Assembly: GCA_965203095.1 (NCBI GenBank)
Contig: OZ241877.1
Coordinates: forward strand, 864,001 to 928,000
Length of the DNA stretch: 64,000 bases
Source of the DNA: Bdellovibrionales bacterium
Lineage (GTDB): Bacteria; Bdellovibrionota; Bdellovibrionia; Bdellovibrionales; UBA1609
Direction: 5' to 3'
The notes beneath the pieces were generated by a model. The model saw only the letters and a program-made list of their open reading frames with translations, was not told the origin of the DNA and made no database searches. This document shows, piece by piece, positions 34,513 through 45,429 of this stretch (positions are counted from its first letter, which is position 1; every line of letters starts with the position of its first letter). The position numbers were made by a program, and so were the translations under genes.

Positions 34513-37500
34513 GTGTTTTTAATTTTTTTAGTTTTTTCCGTTTTTTCTGTTTTTTCTGTAAAGGCAGGGGCAGTGCCATTAGAGCAAAAGTCTACAAAAA
34601 TTATAGAAAAGCCTCTTTCAGCTAAAAGTTATCTCACAGCAAAATTAGATTTTTTGGTTCAATCTCTTCCAGAAAGCCATCCCTCCAGAAATCCTCTTTT
34701 ACTGAGGTTGGCTCATGTTTTATCTTTAAGGGCGGAAGAAAAATTCATAAAAGCCGACAAGGGGGATTGCCCCTCTTGCAGTCTGTCCGCCCGGAATATG
34801 GCCAATAAGGCTCTCTTGGCTTATAAAAAACTGGATCCTATTTTGCACTCTCACCATCCCCTTTTATATACCGAAGCCCTTTTTAAACAGGCTTACTTAC
34901 TTAGTTTTTTAAATGAGCCCCTTCGCTCTTTATCTGCTCTTAAAAAAATCTCTACTGGTTCTCGCCCGCTTTTAAAGGCCAGAGTGTGGTTTAACATGGG
35001 GGAAATTCATTTTGAAATGGATAATTATAAAGCCAGTCTTCAAGCTTTTGATAAAGTTTTAAAACAAGGGGAATCGCCTTGGAGCTTTAAAGCTACTTAT
35101 CAAAAAATTTGGTCCCTGTTTAACCTGTCTTTGTATGAGTTAGCTGTTAATGAATTAGAATTGTTTTTAAAATCTAAACTCTACTCCCAGCCTCGTTTAA
35201 CTAAAGCGGATAAAAATTTAAAACAAAAATTAGAAAGTGAGCTTGTCGCCCTTTATAGCTATGCGGAAGTGAGGGGGCCAAGGTTAAGTTTTCTTTATAA
35301 TTTTTCAAAACACTCAAAAGAAAGCAACAGTTTGACTGAAAAAAATCTTCGCCTGTTCCAACTGGCTAACAGTTTAAGCCAAATGGGCCGGAGGGCTGAA
35401 TCCAATATTGTTTATCAAGTTTATTTGTCAAAATCTTTAAGTTTAAAAGATCAAATGCAAGCTTATCTTGCCATGTTAGATAATGATTATCGTGGGCAAA
35501 AAGATAATTATTTAAAAACCGTTGGCCGGAAAGTGGAAAAGCTTTTCGTTTTGCGACAACAGATTAAAATCTCAAAAAAGTTTGACCTTCAACTAAAAAA
35601 TAGAGTCCAAAAAACTTTGCAGAGTTTTAACCGCTATTTATTGGGCTTTTCTGATTCTGAAAAATCTTATCTTCTCTCTTTATTTCAAAAATACAACTCC
35701 GTTTACCCTAATTCTGCGGACATGTTATTCCTCTCAGCTCATTTAGCAAAAGATTTAAAAAAATATGCTTTAGCTCAAAGTCTTTTTCAAGCCGTGGTTT
35801 TAAATGCCGATTCGTATGAGGCTAAAGACATTTCTAAAAAAGAGCTTAAAGAAAGCTTAAGCCTTTTACAAATGGAAATGGCAGAACAAACTCAAAACCT
35901 TAAAAAAAGAATAAATGCTTATGATTTTTATATCCAGAACGGTTCCCGCCGAGGGCGAATCTGGAAAGCTATGTATCAAAAAGCTTATATCAATTATGAG
36001 AGAAAAGAATACAAAAAATCAGCCTACTCTTTTATGGATTTGGTTTTATCTTCTAAAACTGGGCTGGCTGGTAAAGATATAAAAAAATTGCGTTTAAAAT
36101 CAGCTCACTTAGCCCTTTCTGCTTTAGATCATAGGGGGGGAGAGGAAGAGGAGTTGGCTCGCCTATCTGGTATTTTTATGAAGGAATTTCCTAAAAATCG
36201 TCCAGAGTTTGTGCGAATTTATCACTCCGCTTTGTTAAATACTGTTAAAAAGTTGGTTTCTAAAAAAGATTTTTCTCAACCCGTTTATAAAGCCTCTTCG
36301 GATAAAAATATTTTAAAAGCTTGGTCTGTTTTAGAGGATTTTTCTATTAAAGAGGCTAAAGGGGAAGAGGCATTGTCTTATTATTTTAATCGGCTGATTT
36401 TGGCTAAAGAGCTTTTAAAATTTAAACCAATGGATAAAAGTATTCAATTTCTTTTATCCAATAAAGCTTTATCTAAAGAAGATCGAAAAACAGTTTTGAA
36501 ATGGAAGCTCTGGCTTGCAGAGTTAAGGCTTGACTTTAAAGAGGCTTTAAAAATTGTTCAGGAAATAGAAACGACTAAACCCTCCGAAGAGCAAATTTTA
36601 CGGTTGTCTCGTCTGGCAGAGCTTTCCGGAGAATCTCCGGTCCCTTACTATTCCGCTTTTATTAAAAAATTTCCTAACTCCTCATCTCTTTTAGCTGTTT
36701 TAACCTCTCTTGTGGAAAAATCCCTTCACAAAAACAGAAAACAAGTTTTAATAAAACATGCACAATTTTTTAAAAATCAGCCAGAGACTTTAACCCACTT
36801 GGTTTTAAAAATTGATGAGGGCCAATTAGATAATCAATTTATGAAAGCTTTTACTTCTCTTAATTTTATGAAAAATTCTTCCTTAAACTTGTTTTTGAGG
36901 AGAAAGAACACTATAGAGCTTTTTGAAAGTCAATTAGCAAAGCTGGCTCAGTTATCCTTACCACCTCATCTTGAGGGAAGAAAACTCAACCGCAAACTTA
37001 AAAATTACACAAAACAAATTGAGTTATTAAAAAGTCATGCCAGCTCGGCTTTAAAAACAAAAGATTGGACAGTTAGGGTTTTTGTAATCTCTAAATGGAG
37101 GAATGAAATATCCCGGTTTTATAACTCCGTTATGAGTTTATCTCTTCCTCCGGGTTTAACTGAACAAGAACAAAACCAATATAAAGGGCTACTCAGTGAG
37201 AGAATGAAAATTTATAAAGTGCACATTGTTCAATTAGAGGAGGAATTAGAGGGATTGTGGTCGAGGGATTTTCTTAAAGATTATAAAAAAGCTTTCCAAC
37301 ATAAGGTTTTTCATGGGCCTTTAAAATGGGAAATAGAGAAAGTTTTGACAGTGCTTGACGGAGAACCGGCAAAGCAAGCACAAAGCCTACTTCATTATGT
37401 TAAAACTCCAGATCCAGAGCAAAAAACAGCTACAGCTTCTTCCCATTCCACTCAACATCTTTACAAAGCTCTTAAGGAAAACCCTTTTGATCGAAGTTCT

Positions 37501-37605
37501 CTTAATGAGCTACTTAAACTGGAAAAAGATAATGAGGTTTTATCCTATTACTTAGCCAATCGGATTAAAGAGTTAAAAAAACAAAACCGGTGGATTAAAT
37601 TATGA
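34513..37605 (+). CDS. Large secreted TPR protein (Glt-type gliding component)
   Basis: Signal peptide, TPR-like repeats (WFNMGEIHF, ATYQKIWSLFNL), LPPGLTEQEQNQY C-terminal motif. Confidence 0.7.
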   Translation: MFLIFLVFSVFSVFSVKAGAVPLEQKSTKIIEKPLSAKSYLTAKLDFLVQSLPESHPSRNPLLLRLAHVLSLRAEEKFIKADKGDCPSCSLSARNMANKALLAYKKLDPILHSHHPLLYTEALFKQAYLLSFLNEPLRSLSALKKISTGSRPLLKARVWFNMGEIHFEMDNYKASLQAFDKVLKQGESPWSFKATYQKIWSLFNLSLYELAVNELELFLKSKLYSQPRLTKADKNLKQKLESELVALYSYAEVRGPRLSFLYNFSKHSKESNSLTEKNLRLFQLANSLSQMGRRAESNIVYQVYLSKSLSLKDQMQAYLAMLDNDYRGQKDNYLKTVGRKVEKLFVLRQQIKISKKFDLQLKNRVQKTLQSFNRYLLGFSDSEKSYLLSLFQKYNSVYPNSADMLFLSAHLAKDLKKYALAQSLFQAVVLNADSYEAKDISKKELKESLSLLQMEMAEQTQNLKKRINAYDFYIQNGSRRGRIWKAMYQKAYINYERKEYKKSAYSFMDLVLSSKTGLAGKDIKKLRLKSAHLALSALDHRGGEEEELARLSGIFMKEFPKNRPEFVRIYHSALLNTVKKLVSKKDFSQPVYKASSDKNILKAWSVLEDFSIKEAKGEEALSYYFNRLILAKELLKFKPMDKSIQFLLSNKALSKEDRKTVLKWKLWLAELRLDFKEALKIVQEIETTKPSEEQILRLSRLAELSGESPVPYYSAFIKKFPNSSSLLAVLTSLVEKSLHKNRKQVLIKHAQFFKNQPETLTHLVLKIDEGQLDNQFMKAFTSLNFMKNSSLNLFLRRKNTIELFESQLAKLAQLSLPPHLEGRKLNRKLKNYTKQIELLKSHASSALKTKDWTVRVFVISKWRNEISRFYNSVMSLSLPPGLTEQEQNQYKGLLSERMKIYKVHIVQLEEELEGLWSRDFLKDYKKAFQHKVFHGPLKWEIEKVLTVLDGEPAKQAQSLLHYVKTPDPEQKTATASSHSTQHLYKALKENPFDRSSLNELLKLEKDNEVLSYYLANRIKELKKQNRWIKL

Positions 37606-37871
37606 GGATAGTTCTGTTTCGTTTTTTGCTTGTGTGCTTTCTCACTTTCTTTTTGTGGGAGGGGCTTTCTACTGTAAAAGCTCAAAAGCCCGATCGCCTG
37701 TTAAAAAAAACCAACTCCTATTCTTTTCGCCCCCTTCTCATACAAGGGAAAAAGCAAGTAAATCAACAAACAGATATGAAAGTGGAATCAGGCAGTATTG
37801 TGGAAAGTCAGCTATTTTTTGTGGATATAGATTTTAAAAAAAGAATTTTTGAAAGTGAGTTTAAGGAATGA
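37602..37871 (+). CDS. Small secreted protein, GltF/CglF-like
   Basis: Signal peptide; YSF..LLIQG...IDFKKRI pattern; directly before the TonB_C-like gene. Confidence 0.55.
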   Translation: MRIVLFRFLLVCFLTFFLWEGLSTVKAQKPDRLLKKTNSYSFRPLLIQGKKQVNQQTDMKVESGSIVESQLFFVDIDFKKRIFESEFKE

Positions 37872-39043
37872 GACATTTAGCTTTAAAAGATAAAATGGGC
37901 CGTTTGATTCGGACTTTCCTCTGTGAAACAGATACGGCCTGTTTAGTTTACCGTAAAAATAAAGGCCGATTAGATATATGCTCCTCTCCTCATTTTTTTG
38001 AGGAGGATTCTGTCATTCTTATTGACAAGTGGGATCTCAGTAAAATGTCAGGGGCACAGCCCTTGCCTTTTTTAGATGGTTTTGTGGAGCTTTGTGAAAA
38101 TGTTTTGGCTGAACCAGTAGCTCCCTCTTGCCAGAGGGCGGATCTTCATCATCGCCTTTGGTCTTCTTTTGCAATTGTGACGGCTGGATTTGCCATTTTT
38201 GCTGGAACTCTGTTGAGCTTAAACAGGCTTATTCCTTCGGAATCAGATAAAAAGCCAATCATTCCTCAAACTGTTCAAATTGTTAAAGCTCCTGCTGTAT
38301 TCTCTCCAATGGAAAAGGTTTTTATTGATAAAGCCTCTATGTCTCAAAAAAATCCTGTTCAAAAACAAAAAAAACCTGTTCAAAAATCTTTAAAAAGAAT
38401 GGGGGCTCTTTCTGCTTTAGGGAGTTTGTCTAAAAAAGACAGCTCTCAAAAAGGAGGTTTAAACTTAAACTCGAATAATAAAGTGTCTGCGGGGCCGGGT
38501 CTTCGATCTTTGGCTGGTGCCGGCAGTGGTGGGGTTCAAGATTCCCTTTACAATCAAGGGCTATTAGCTAACGCTTTAGGTTCTGGGGGGAACATTCGCG
38601 GGGGAGGGGGCCATGGCACAAAGGGAACTCGCCCTGGTGGAGGACAAGCAGGATACGGTGCTCTCACTTTTATAGGCTCAGGGGGAGCCAGTGAGTTATC
38701 TTCTGTATTAGGTGCCGTAGCTCCAGCTGGCTTTGATTATTCTATTATAGAGCGGGAGATAGTGAAAAAAAGTAAAGAGATCAAAAACTGTTATGATAGA
38801 GCATTAAAAACAGAACCGGGCTTAAAGGGTTTATTTAAAATCCATTTTGCTATAGGATCTAAAGGCCGGGTGGTTTTTTCTAAAACTCATCCCTCTTCAC
38901 CTGTTCGTTCTAAAAAAATAAGTTCATGCATTTTAAAAATTGTTAATCAAATTCAGTTCCCTGTTAAACTCAATCAAACTGTTAATGTGGTTTACCCTTT
39001 TAATTTGAGCACTTTAACTGCAAAAATGGGAGGCTTGCAATGA
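37868..39043 (+). CDS. AgmX/PglI (GltG-like) protein with TM, Gly-rich linker and TonB_C-like domain
   Basis: GGG-rich stretch; EIKNCYDRALKTEPGLKG, SSCIL, VVYPF. Confidence 0.8.
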   Translation: MRHLALKDKMGRLIRTFLCETDTACLVYRKNKGRLDICSSPHFFEEDSVILIDKWDLSKMSGAQPLPFLDGFVELCENVLAEPVAPSCQRADLHHRLWSSFAIVTAGFAIFAGTLLSLNRLIPSESDKKPIIPQTVQIVKAPAVFSPMEKVFIDKASMSQKNPVQKQKKPVQKSLKRMGALSALGSLSKKDSSQKGGLNLNSNNKVSAGPGLRSLAGAGSGGVQDSLYNQGLLANALGSGGNIRGGGGHGTKGTRPGGGQAGYGALTFIGSGGASELSSVLGAVAPAGFDYSIIEREIVKKSKEIKNCYDRALKTEPGLKGLFKIHFAIGSKGRVVFSKTHPSSPVRSKKISSCILKIVNQIQFPVKLNQTVNVVYPFNLSTLTAKMGGLQ

Positions 39044-41988
39044 TCCGTTATTTGTTTTTAATTTTTATTTTAACTCTTCTGGCTTGTAATCCTGATCCAT
39101 TAGAGAGTTTTCTGCCTGAAATTAGAAACGGATCTTTACATATTGGTCGCCATTTTATGCCTCTTTTTGAAAACTCTCTATATGAAAAAATCGTCAAAGT
39201 GAATATTGATGGCCAAAGCACTTTAATAATGGAATGGGCTGAGGACAAAATAAAATCTTATAACATTCATGTCCGGCTCCTACATGGTCTGGAATCAAGA
39301 TATGATATGGAAATCAACAGTGAAGAGATCCCTATCATAATGGAAGGGGCCAGTTTCAACTTTAATTCAAAAACTGGGCGAGGGGTTTTAAAATGGAAAC
39401 CAAGTAAAACTTTTACAGGGCGAAAAGCTTACCGGCAAATATCTTTGACTTTACCATTGGAGTTTAGGGATCGTCGCTCTTTATCATCAGAACCTGATTT
39501 TGTTGTTAAAAGAAAGATCACTGTCATTGTTTATAAAAGTTTGGATCCTCCAGAGATTTATAAAATTGAAACCAGTTATGGTATTTATGAAAAGTTAGAT
39601 GATGGGAATTTTTATACAAGATATGGGGCTAAAAGCTTAGATTTAAGCTACTATGATCAAATATTTGTTGGCAGGAGGGAGAAAAAAGAGCTGTTTGATA
39701 ACATAAGATTTTATAGTGAGGGCACTTATGATTTTTTTCACTCATCTACAACCCCCCATAAGCAACCTACCAGCTGGGAAACTGCAGAAGAAAAACTTTT
39801 TGATTTGTTTGAGCTTTACGATAAATTTAAAAAACCTGTCCCTGATGATTTGATTAAGTTTATAAACCTGCCTTTTTATATAGTAGATAAAATCAGGCAG
39901 AACGATGAGGATTGTGATCGCTCACAAACTGTTCCTAAAAATCAAACAGAACATTGGTGTCTTGCTGAATTGAAAGAGGGAGAGAAATTAGATTTTGACA
40001 AAGATCTTTATGTAAAACATTATCAAATTCCTCAATCTATCTCATTTAAGAATTTATTTTATAAAATGCAATCTGTTTACTTATGTGAAGTGTATCATAT
40101 TATCAGCTCAGCCTATATTCTCAATTCAGCCTCTTGGAAGAAGCGAGATATGTGTTATCTTTCATTAGATGAAGTTAAAAAAATCAAAAACTTTCTCAAT
40201 GAAAAAGAGATTGTTTACCTCTGTAAAAGCTCCAACACTTGCGATCTTGTAGACACATCTCAATGGCAAGCAGATTTTTTTAAAATTCCAGAATCTATAA
40301 AATGGCAATTGGCTGGGCTAAAACCCCTTAACGATAATTCTATCCATATTCCTTTAATTAGAAATGAAGAAAGTGGCTATTCCGCCAAAAATCTTGTTCA
40401 AATTTATGTCCGAGATCACAACCAGTTTGGGAAAGCACCGTTTTTAATCCCTCATCAAAGGCCCGGGCATTTTCTTTTTTGGACAACTCCTATAGACATG
40501 GATATCAAGTGGAATGCAGGCATATTTGAGTCTTTAGAAGGAAATGCTTGGAAGTTAAACTATAGTATTAGATTAGATGAGACAGAGGAAAGCAAAAATC
40601 ATTTTCATCAGTTCCCGATTAGTTTTCAACCGGTTTCGCAAACGATACACGGTTCTCCTATTTCTTTACGGTTTAATATTCTCCAAAAAGCCATAGCACG
40701 ATATAGCGAGCTGTTTGATCCGGAAAAGGATATTCAATTTTCTTCAACTTATGATGGAAATAATTGGTTAAATAGCTCTTTTTCTGCTATTAGCCGGATA
40801 AAAACACAGTATATCTTTCCAGAGGATTTTTTATCTAATATTCGCCAATCCATTTTGTTTGACAGTATTCCCTTTTTTAAAATTGATAATAAGAAAAGCT
40901 TATTGGATCACCTTTACCTTCAACCACTGACTCTTCGATTTAAAAGTAATATCTATTTAGTTCATGACACGATAGAAAATGAAACACTACATCCCTCCTC
41001 CAGCGAATCCCCCTCAAATAACACAACAATAAATGAAACAATACATTATGGTCAATTCTCCAGTGAACCCCATTCAAATAACACAAACACACTCTCTCCA
41101 CTAATCACAGTTCAAAGAGGAGTTTATAAAAAAAGACATTGTGATTGTTCCGATTGGGAAGAATTTAAAAAAGATAATCAAATTTATATAGAGGGAACAT
41201 GCTTTTGCGAAGTGAATCTGCAATTGGATTCAGACTCTACTATTTTAAAAAGATCTAATGACTCTACCATCTCTTTTTACTTGTCTTATGATTACTTTCT
41301 TGAGGGCAATAAAAATGTATTTTTAAATAATAATTTTTATAAAAATACTAATCAAAGCGATATTCCCATAAGTTTGTATAAGGAACCTTTTGTTCCAAAA
41401 TACAATCCTCCATCAAAATTAGATTTTTCATCCATAGCTCAAAATAGGTTTCATATATTTTTTAATTTACAGCCCACTTTAAAATGTAGTTCTTTGGCCA
41501 ACTCTTCAGATCGTGTTTGTGAAATAAATTATCTTTTAGATCAACGGCCCCAGCAAAGCACAATCAATCAACTGAACAAAGAGCAGTCGCTTTTTTCAGA
41601 AGAAGGGGTGCGGGCTGTTTTGTTTTGTGATGAAGGTTTAGCTGTGGGATCTGGCTCAAAGGCAGGTAATAATTGCCCCTGTTCTTCCTCTCTAATTTTT
41701 AATAAAACCGGGCTACAAATGCAGTGTGTGTTTAAGAAAAATCAAACAGGTTCCCTCTCCATCCATTTAGAGACAGATAACCCTTATATTTATTTTATAA
41801 ATATAGATAAAAAACATAATGAATCTGCCTATCAATCTTGTTTAAATTCCTCCTTCCCTCACCCTGGCGATTGCCGCCGGTTGGCACAACAAAAAAAGGG
41901 GGAGGGGCAAGTTCAAGAATTTTTAAGCTATGGTGATATTGATAAATCTCACAAGCACACTCCAATAAAAACCTTTAAAGTGCCTTAG
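39040..41988 (+). CDS. Large hypothetical lipoprotein
   Basis: Lipobox LLAC; 982 aa; Cys pairs; short internal duplication; overlaps the upstream stop. Confidence 0.72.
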   Translation: MIRYLFLIFILTLLACNPDPLESFLPEIRNGSLHIGRHFMPLFENSLYEKIVKVNIDGQSTLIMEWAEDKIKSYNIHVRLLHGLESRYDMEINSEEIPIIMEGASFNFNSKTGRGVLKWKPSKTFTGRKAYRQISLTLPLEFRDRRSLSSEPDFVVKRKITVIVYKSLDPPEIYKIETSYGIYEKLDDGNFYTRYGAKSLDLSYYDQIFVGRREKKELFDNIRFYSEGTYDFFHSSTTPHKQPTSWETAEEKLFDLFELYDKFKKPVPDDLIKFINLPFYIVDKIRQNDEDCDRSQTVPKNQTEHWCLAELKEGEKLDFDKDLYVKHYQIPQSISFKNLFYKMQSVYLCEVYHIISSAYILNSASWKKRDMCYLSLDEVKKIKNFLNEKEIVYLCKSSNTCDLVDTSQWQADFFKIPESIKWQLAGLKPLNDNSIHIPLIRNEESGYSAKNLVQIYVRDHNQFGKAPFLIPHQRPGHFLFWTTPIDMDIKWNAGIFESLEGNAWKLNYSIRLDETEESKNHFHQFPISFQPVSQTIHGSPISLRFNILQKAIARYSELFDPEKDIQFSSTYDGNNWLNSSFSAISRIKTQYIFPEDFLSNIRQSILFDSIPFFKIDNKKSLLDHLYLQPLTLRFKSNIYLVHDTIENETLHPSSSESPSNNTTINETIHYGQFSSEPHSNNTNTLSPLITVQRGVYKKRHCDCSDWEEFKKDNQIYIEGTCFCEVNLQLDSDSTILKRSNDSTISFYLSYDYFLEGNKNVFLNNNFYKNTNQSDIPISLYKEPFVPKYNPPSKLDFSSIAQNRFHIFFNLQPTLKCSSLANSSDRVCEINYLLDQRPQQSTINQLNKEQSLFSEEGVRAVLFCDEGLAVGSGSKAGNNCPCSSSLIFNKTGLQMQCVFKKNQTGSLSIHLETDNPYIYFINIDKKHNESAYQSCLNSSFPHPGDCRRLAQQKKGEGQVQEFLSYGDIDKSHKHTPIKTFKVP

Positions 41989-41996
41989 GAGCAGTT

Positions 41997-42680
41997 ATGA
42001 AGAGAGCATTGTTTATTTTAATATTCTTGCTTTTCCAGCCTGTGAAGGGAGAATCAATTGATGAATTGGTTAAGGATGAAAAGGCTTTGGAGTCCAGTTT
42101 TCGTTTTTCAAACTCTTCTCTTCAAATTGTTCAAAAACGATGGTTAGATCGGCGATTTCTTTCTGAATTGAGTTTGGCTTTTTCCCACATTCTTAAAGGG
42201 TTTGAACATCTTAACAGCAGTTCAATATCTGCTGGCTATCGGTTTTTTTTAAATAATCACTGGAGTTTTGATCTAAAATATTCTTGGTATTTTCATTCTA
42301 TCACTTCACAGGGAGAAGACGAAATAGTCCGCTGGAACCGTATCCCTTTGGAGATGAGATACCCTAAAAAACATTCCTATATGGGAGGAATCAGCTGGTA
42401 TCCCTTATACGGGAAATCGGTTTTTTATAATCATTTAGTTTATTTTGATTTGTATTTTTCTCTTTCTATGGGTGTTATAGAGCTTATTCGTCAGGAAAAG
42501 TTCTCACCTTCTGGTTCTGTAGCTATGGGAATTGTTTTTTGGTTAAATAAAAATTTTAATGCCCGGATAGAGACCCAAGGGTTTTATTATACTTACAGCC
42601 ATTCCGACAAGGGTGGAAACCCCAGCGATATTCATGAGTATTTTTATAAAATTTATATTTCCACAGGAGTTTTGTTTTGA
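41997..42680 (+). CDS. Outer-membrane beta-barrel protein (GltA/B/H-like)
   Basis: IVQKR, WYPLYGK..VYFDLY, terminal Phe. Confidence 0.78.
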   Translation: MKRALFILIFLLFQPVKGESIDELVKDEKALESSFRFSNSSLQIVQKRWLDRRFLSELSLAFSHILKGFEHLNSSSISAGYRFFLNNHWSFDLKYSWYFHSITSQGEDEIVRWNRIPLEMRYPKKHSYMGGISWYPLYGKSVFYNHLVYFDLYFSLSMGVIELIRQEKFSPSGSVAMGIVFWLNKNFNARIETQGFYYTYSHSDKGGNPSDIHEYFYKIYISTGVLF

Positions 42681-44188
42681 AATATTTTGTTTTGCTTTTA
42701 TTTTGCCTTTCTTTTCCTGCCCAAAGCCTCAGTGTGTTGGATATTTTAAAGGATTCAGATCACTCTCTGAATTTACGAAGGGAATTAAAAACAGATATAG
42801 CCTCTTTGTTTCCTCCCTCTAATAGGCCGGAGGCTTTTATAAAGGCTTTTGAAGCAAAAGATTTTAAACAATCTCTCAAGCTGTGGATGCAACTCAATTC
42901 ATCAAGCCCTACAGAGACAGCACTTTATGCTTATTTACTTTTTAAAAATGGGTTTGAGTTCTTATCTTTAAAAAAGCTTTTAGAAATAAATCAGCCAAAA
43001 AAAATTCATCCCATTGTTGTTGGCTTATGGGCAAGGGGTATTGATAAAAAAAAACTGTTTTGGGATCGGTTTTTTTTTCCTGTTTCGCAAAAATGGCATG
43101 GCTTTTTTCCAGCAGAAGTAATATTTAAATTTAGTTCTAAATCTTCTTTAAAATTAAACAAAGATCAGGCTTATGTTAAATCTTTATTGGCTCTTCCTTT
43201 AGATTCACAAATAGATCTTTTTCCTTTAGAGTGGTTTTTTGTTTTAAGCCTCATTCATCAAAAAGATATGGATTCAGCAACTAAGATTTTAGCTTTTTTA
43301 ATTGAAAAAACAAAAGACCAATATAAAAGAGATAAGATTCATTTAACCATAGCTCGGCTTTTAGCTCATATTGGCGAAACTACAGCGGGTTTAAATTATT
43401 ACTCGAAAATTCAAAACTCATCTTATTTTTGGCTTTTAGCTCAAGAGGAAAAAGCCTGGATTTTTATCAACAAAAAAGATCATTACAAAGCTCATCAAAC
43501 CGCTTTAGCTTTTGAATATGGCCCATTCAAAAAAGAGGCAGATCCTTATATGTTTCTTGCCTTAACTATCTCTCAACTCAAAACTTGTGATTATAAAGGG
43601 GCTGTTAGCTCCCTGTCGGATTTTAAAAATTTATTTTCAAAAAGAAAGGCAGAAATAAATAAAATTCTATCAGAAAGCTCTTATGAAGCTTTAACAAAAA
43701 AGCTTTTGGATTTTTATCATTCTAAAATTCCTTATTACAAGATAAGCTCATCTGGCCTGTTTTATCGGTTGAGAAAAGACAAATTTTTAAAAAACCATAT
43801 TTTACTCAGTCGTTATATAAGAGACAAAACTTTGCTTAGGGAAAAAGGCTTTAAGCTCCTACAAGATCAAGAAGATCAGATGATGGCTCAAATAGAAAGC
43901 CGGATTAAAAATAGAATGCAGGTTTTACTAAAAGAAGAGTTGGAAAAAATAAAATCAGTTGGACAAAAGCTCCATATTGTTGAGGCGGAGATCTTATACA
44001 GGGTTTATGGCTTTCATTCCCTTTTAGCTAAAGCTAAGACTCGGCAGGAAAAGTTAGTCTCTTTTAACTCCTCATCAGCAAACTTGATATATTTCCCCTA
44101 TAATCCTAATGAAATTTGGTTAGATGAGCTATCTTATTATCAGAGCCGGCAAAGGGGAGGTTGTCCTTCAGTAAAATACAGTTTGTAA
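42677..44188 (+). CDS. Secreted TPR protein (GltC-like)
   Basis: Signal peptide; AQEEKAW, KTCDY, EIWLDEL..Y...C C-terminus. Confidence 0.68.
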   Translation: MKYFVLLLFCLSFPAQSLSVLDILKDSDHSLNLRRELKTDIASLFPPSNRPEAFIKAFEAKDFKQSLKLWMQLNSSSPTETALYAYLLFKNGFEFLSLKKLLEINQPKKIHPIVVGLWARGIDKKKLFWDRFFFPVSQKWHGFFPAEVIFKFSSKSSLKLNKDQAYVKSLLALPLDSQIDLFPLEWFFVLSLIHQKDMDSATKILAFLIEKTKDQYKRDKIHLTIARLLAHIGETTAGLNYYSKIQNSSYFWLLAQEEKAWIFINKKDHYKAHQTALAFEYGPFKKEADPYMFLALTISQLKTCDYKGAVSSLSDFKNLFSKRKAEINKILSESSYEALTKKLLDFYHSKIPYYKISSSGLFYRLRKDKFLKNHILLSRYIRDKTLLREKGFKLLQDQEDQMMAQIESRIKNRMQVLLKEELEKIKSVGQKLHIVEAEILYRVYGFHSLLAKAKTRQEKLVSFNSSSANLIYFPYNPNEIWLDELSYYQSRQRGGCPSVKYSL

Positions 44189-44246
44189 ATAAGCTCCGCT
44201 TGTTTTTGAACAAGCAATTTAAAAGGATGTGTAAGGTTTAATAAAT

Positions 44247-45425
44247 ATGAAAATTTTTTTTATTTCTCTTTTTTTGATCTTTTTTATGATTTCTTGCGAT
44301 AGTAATAAAAAGCTAACTTCTCATTTTAAATCAAGAAAAACAGTCATTTTAAAAAAACAATCCAGCCATTTTATACAAGAGATCAGTTTTTTATTTATTA
44401 TAGATACTTCAAGCAGTATGGCTCCGTTTAACAATAAATTAGCTGAAAACATTAATTTGTTTTTAGAGCCTATTTTTACTAATTACCCTCATTATAACTA
44501 CAATTTTGCTATTACAACAATGACACCGTCTAAGTGGTTTTCTACAGGTCCTGAAGGGGCAAACTGGCCTTTGTTTTTAAAAAGCAATATAAGAGATTGT
44601 GGCGATATTGATCCTTCTTTGTTTATTCATCAAGCAAGCGATGTGGGGCGTTATTTTAGCTATTCTGTTAATGATTTACAAACCTATTCTATTGAAAACT
44701 TGGTTTGTATCTTGTCACATAATATCCAACATGCTATGGGTTTTGACAGTAGTGCTGAGTCGTTTTTTCAGTCCATTACTTACATCGTTAAAAAATCTCA
44801 TTTTGATTTTAAATCTCATTTTTTTGGGAAAGATAAACTGTTAGTTCTCTTTTTTATTTCAGATGCTTGGCAAGGTGTTGACTACAACAAAAAGCTATTA
44901 GCAGGTGTTCCCTCACCGGATAAGATAATTTCCGATGACATTCTGAATTTGCTTCAATCGGTTATGGGGAGTCGTTCTCAAAATATTCGCTCTTATGCTG
45001 TGGCTTTAGATGATAGAAGAAGAGACCAATGTGGAACTGAACGGGGAGGGAAGCTTCCCACATCTTATCCTTTTCACTTATACCGTTTTATAAAAAAAAC
45101 CAATGGTTTTAGAATTTCCTTATGTGATGCTAAATGGGGAAACCAACTGACCGATGTTTTTCATAGTGTAAGTAAGGTCTTTCATGCCTCAGATTTATAT
45201 CTTGATGAGGTCCCTAAGTTGGACACATTGGAAGTTTTTTTAAACAATAAAAAAATCCCAAAATCTGCGAAAGCGGGTTGGCGTTTTTCTCCAGAAACTT
45301 TATCTATTAAATTGGCTCCGGATTTTGACTTTATGCCTTATATACTTGATGAAAAGGGTCAATCCATTGAAACCAATGAATTTACAATCAAATACATACC
45401 TCTTAACATTGAGCTTTTATTCTAA
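44247..45425 (+). CDS. vWA-domain lipoprotein (CglB-like adhesin candidate)
   Basis: Lipobox MISC; FLFIIDTSSSM MIDAS motif; FFISDA; SLC...WG. Confidence 0.75.
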   Translation: MKIFFISLFLIFFMISCDSNKKLTSHFKSRKTVILKKQSSHFIQEISFLFIIDTSSSMAPFNNKLAENINLFLEPIFTNYPHYNYNFAITTMTPSKWFSTGPEGANWPLFLKSNIRDCGDIDPSLFIHQASDVGRYFSYSVNDLQTYSIENLVCILSHNIQHAMGFDSSAESFFQSITYIVKKSHFDFKSHFFGKDKLLVLFFISDAWQGVDYNKKLLAGVPSPDKIISDDILNLLQSVMGSRSQNIRSYAVALDDRRRDQCGTERGGKLPTSYPFHLYRFIKKTNGFRISLCDAKWGNQLTDVFHSVSKVFHASDLYLDEVPKLDTLEVFLNNKKIPKSAKAGWRFSPETLSIKLAPDFDFMPYILDEKGQSIETNEFTIKYIPLNIELLF

Positions 45426-45429
45426 ACCA

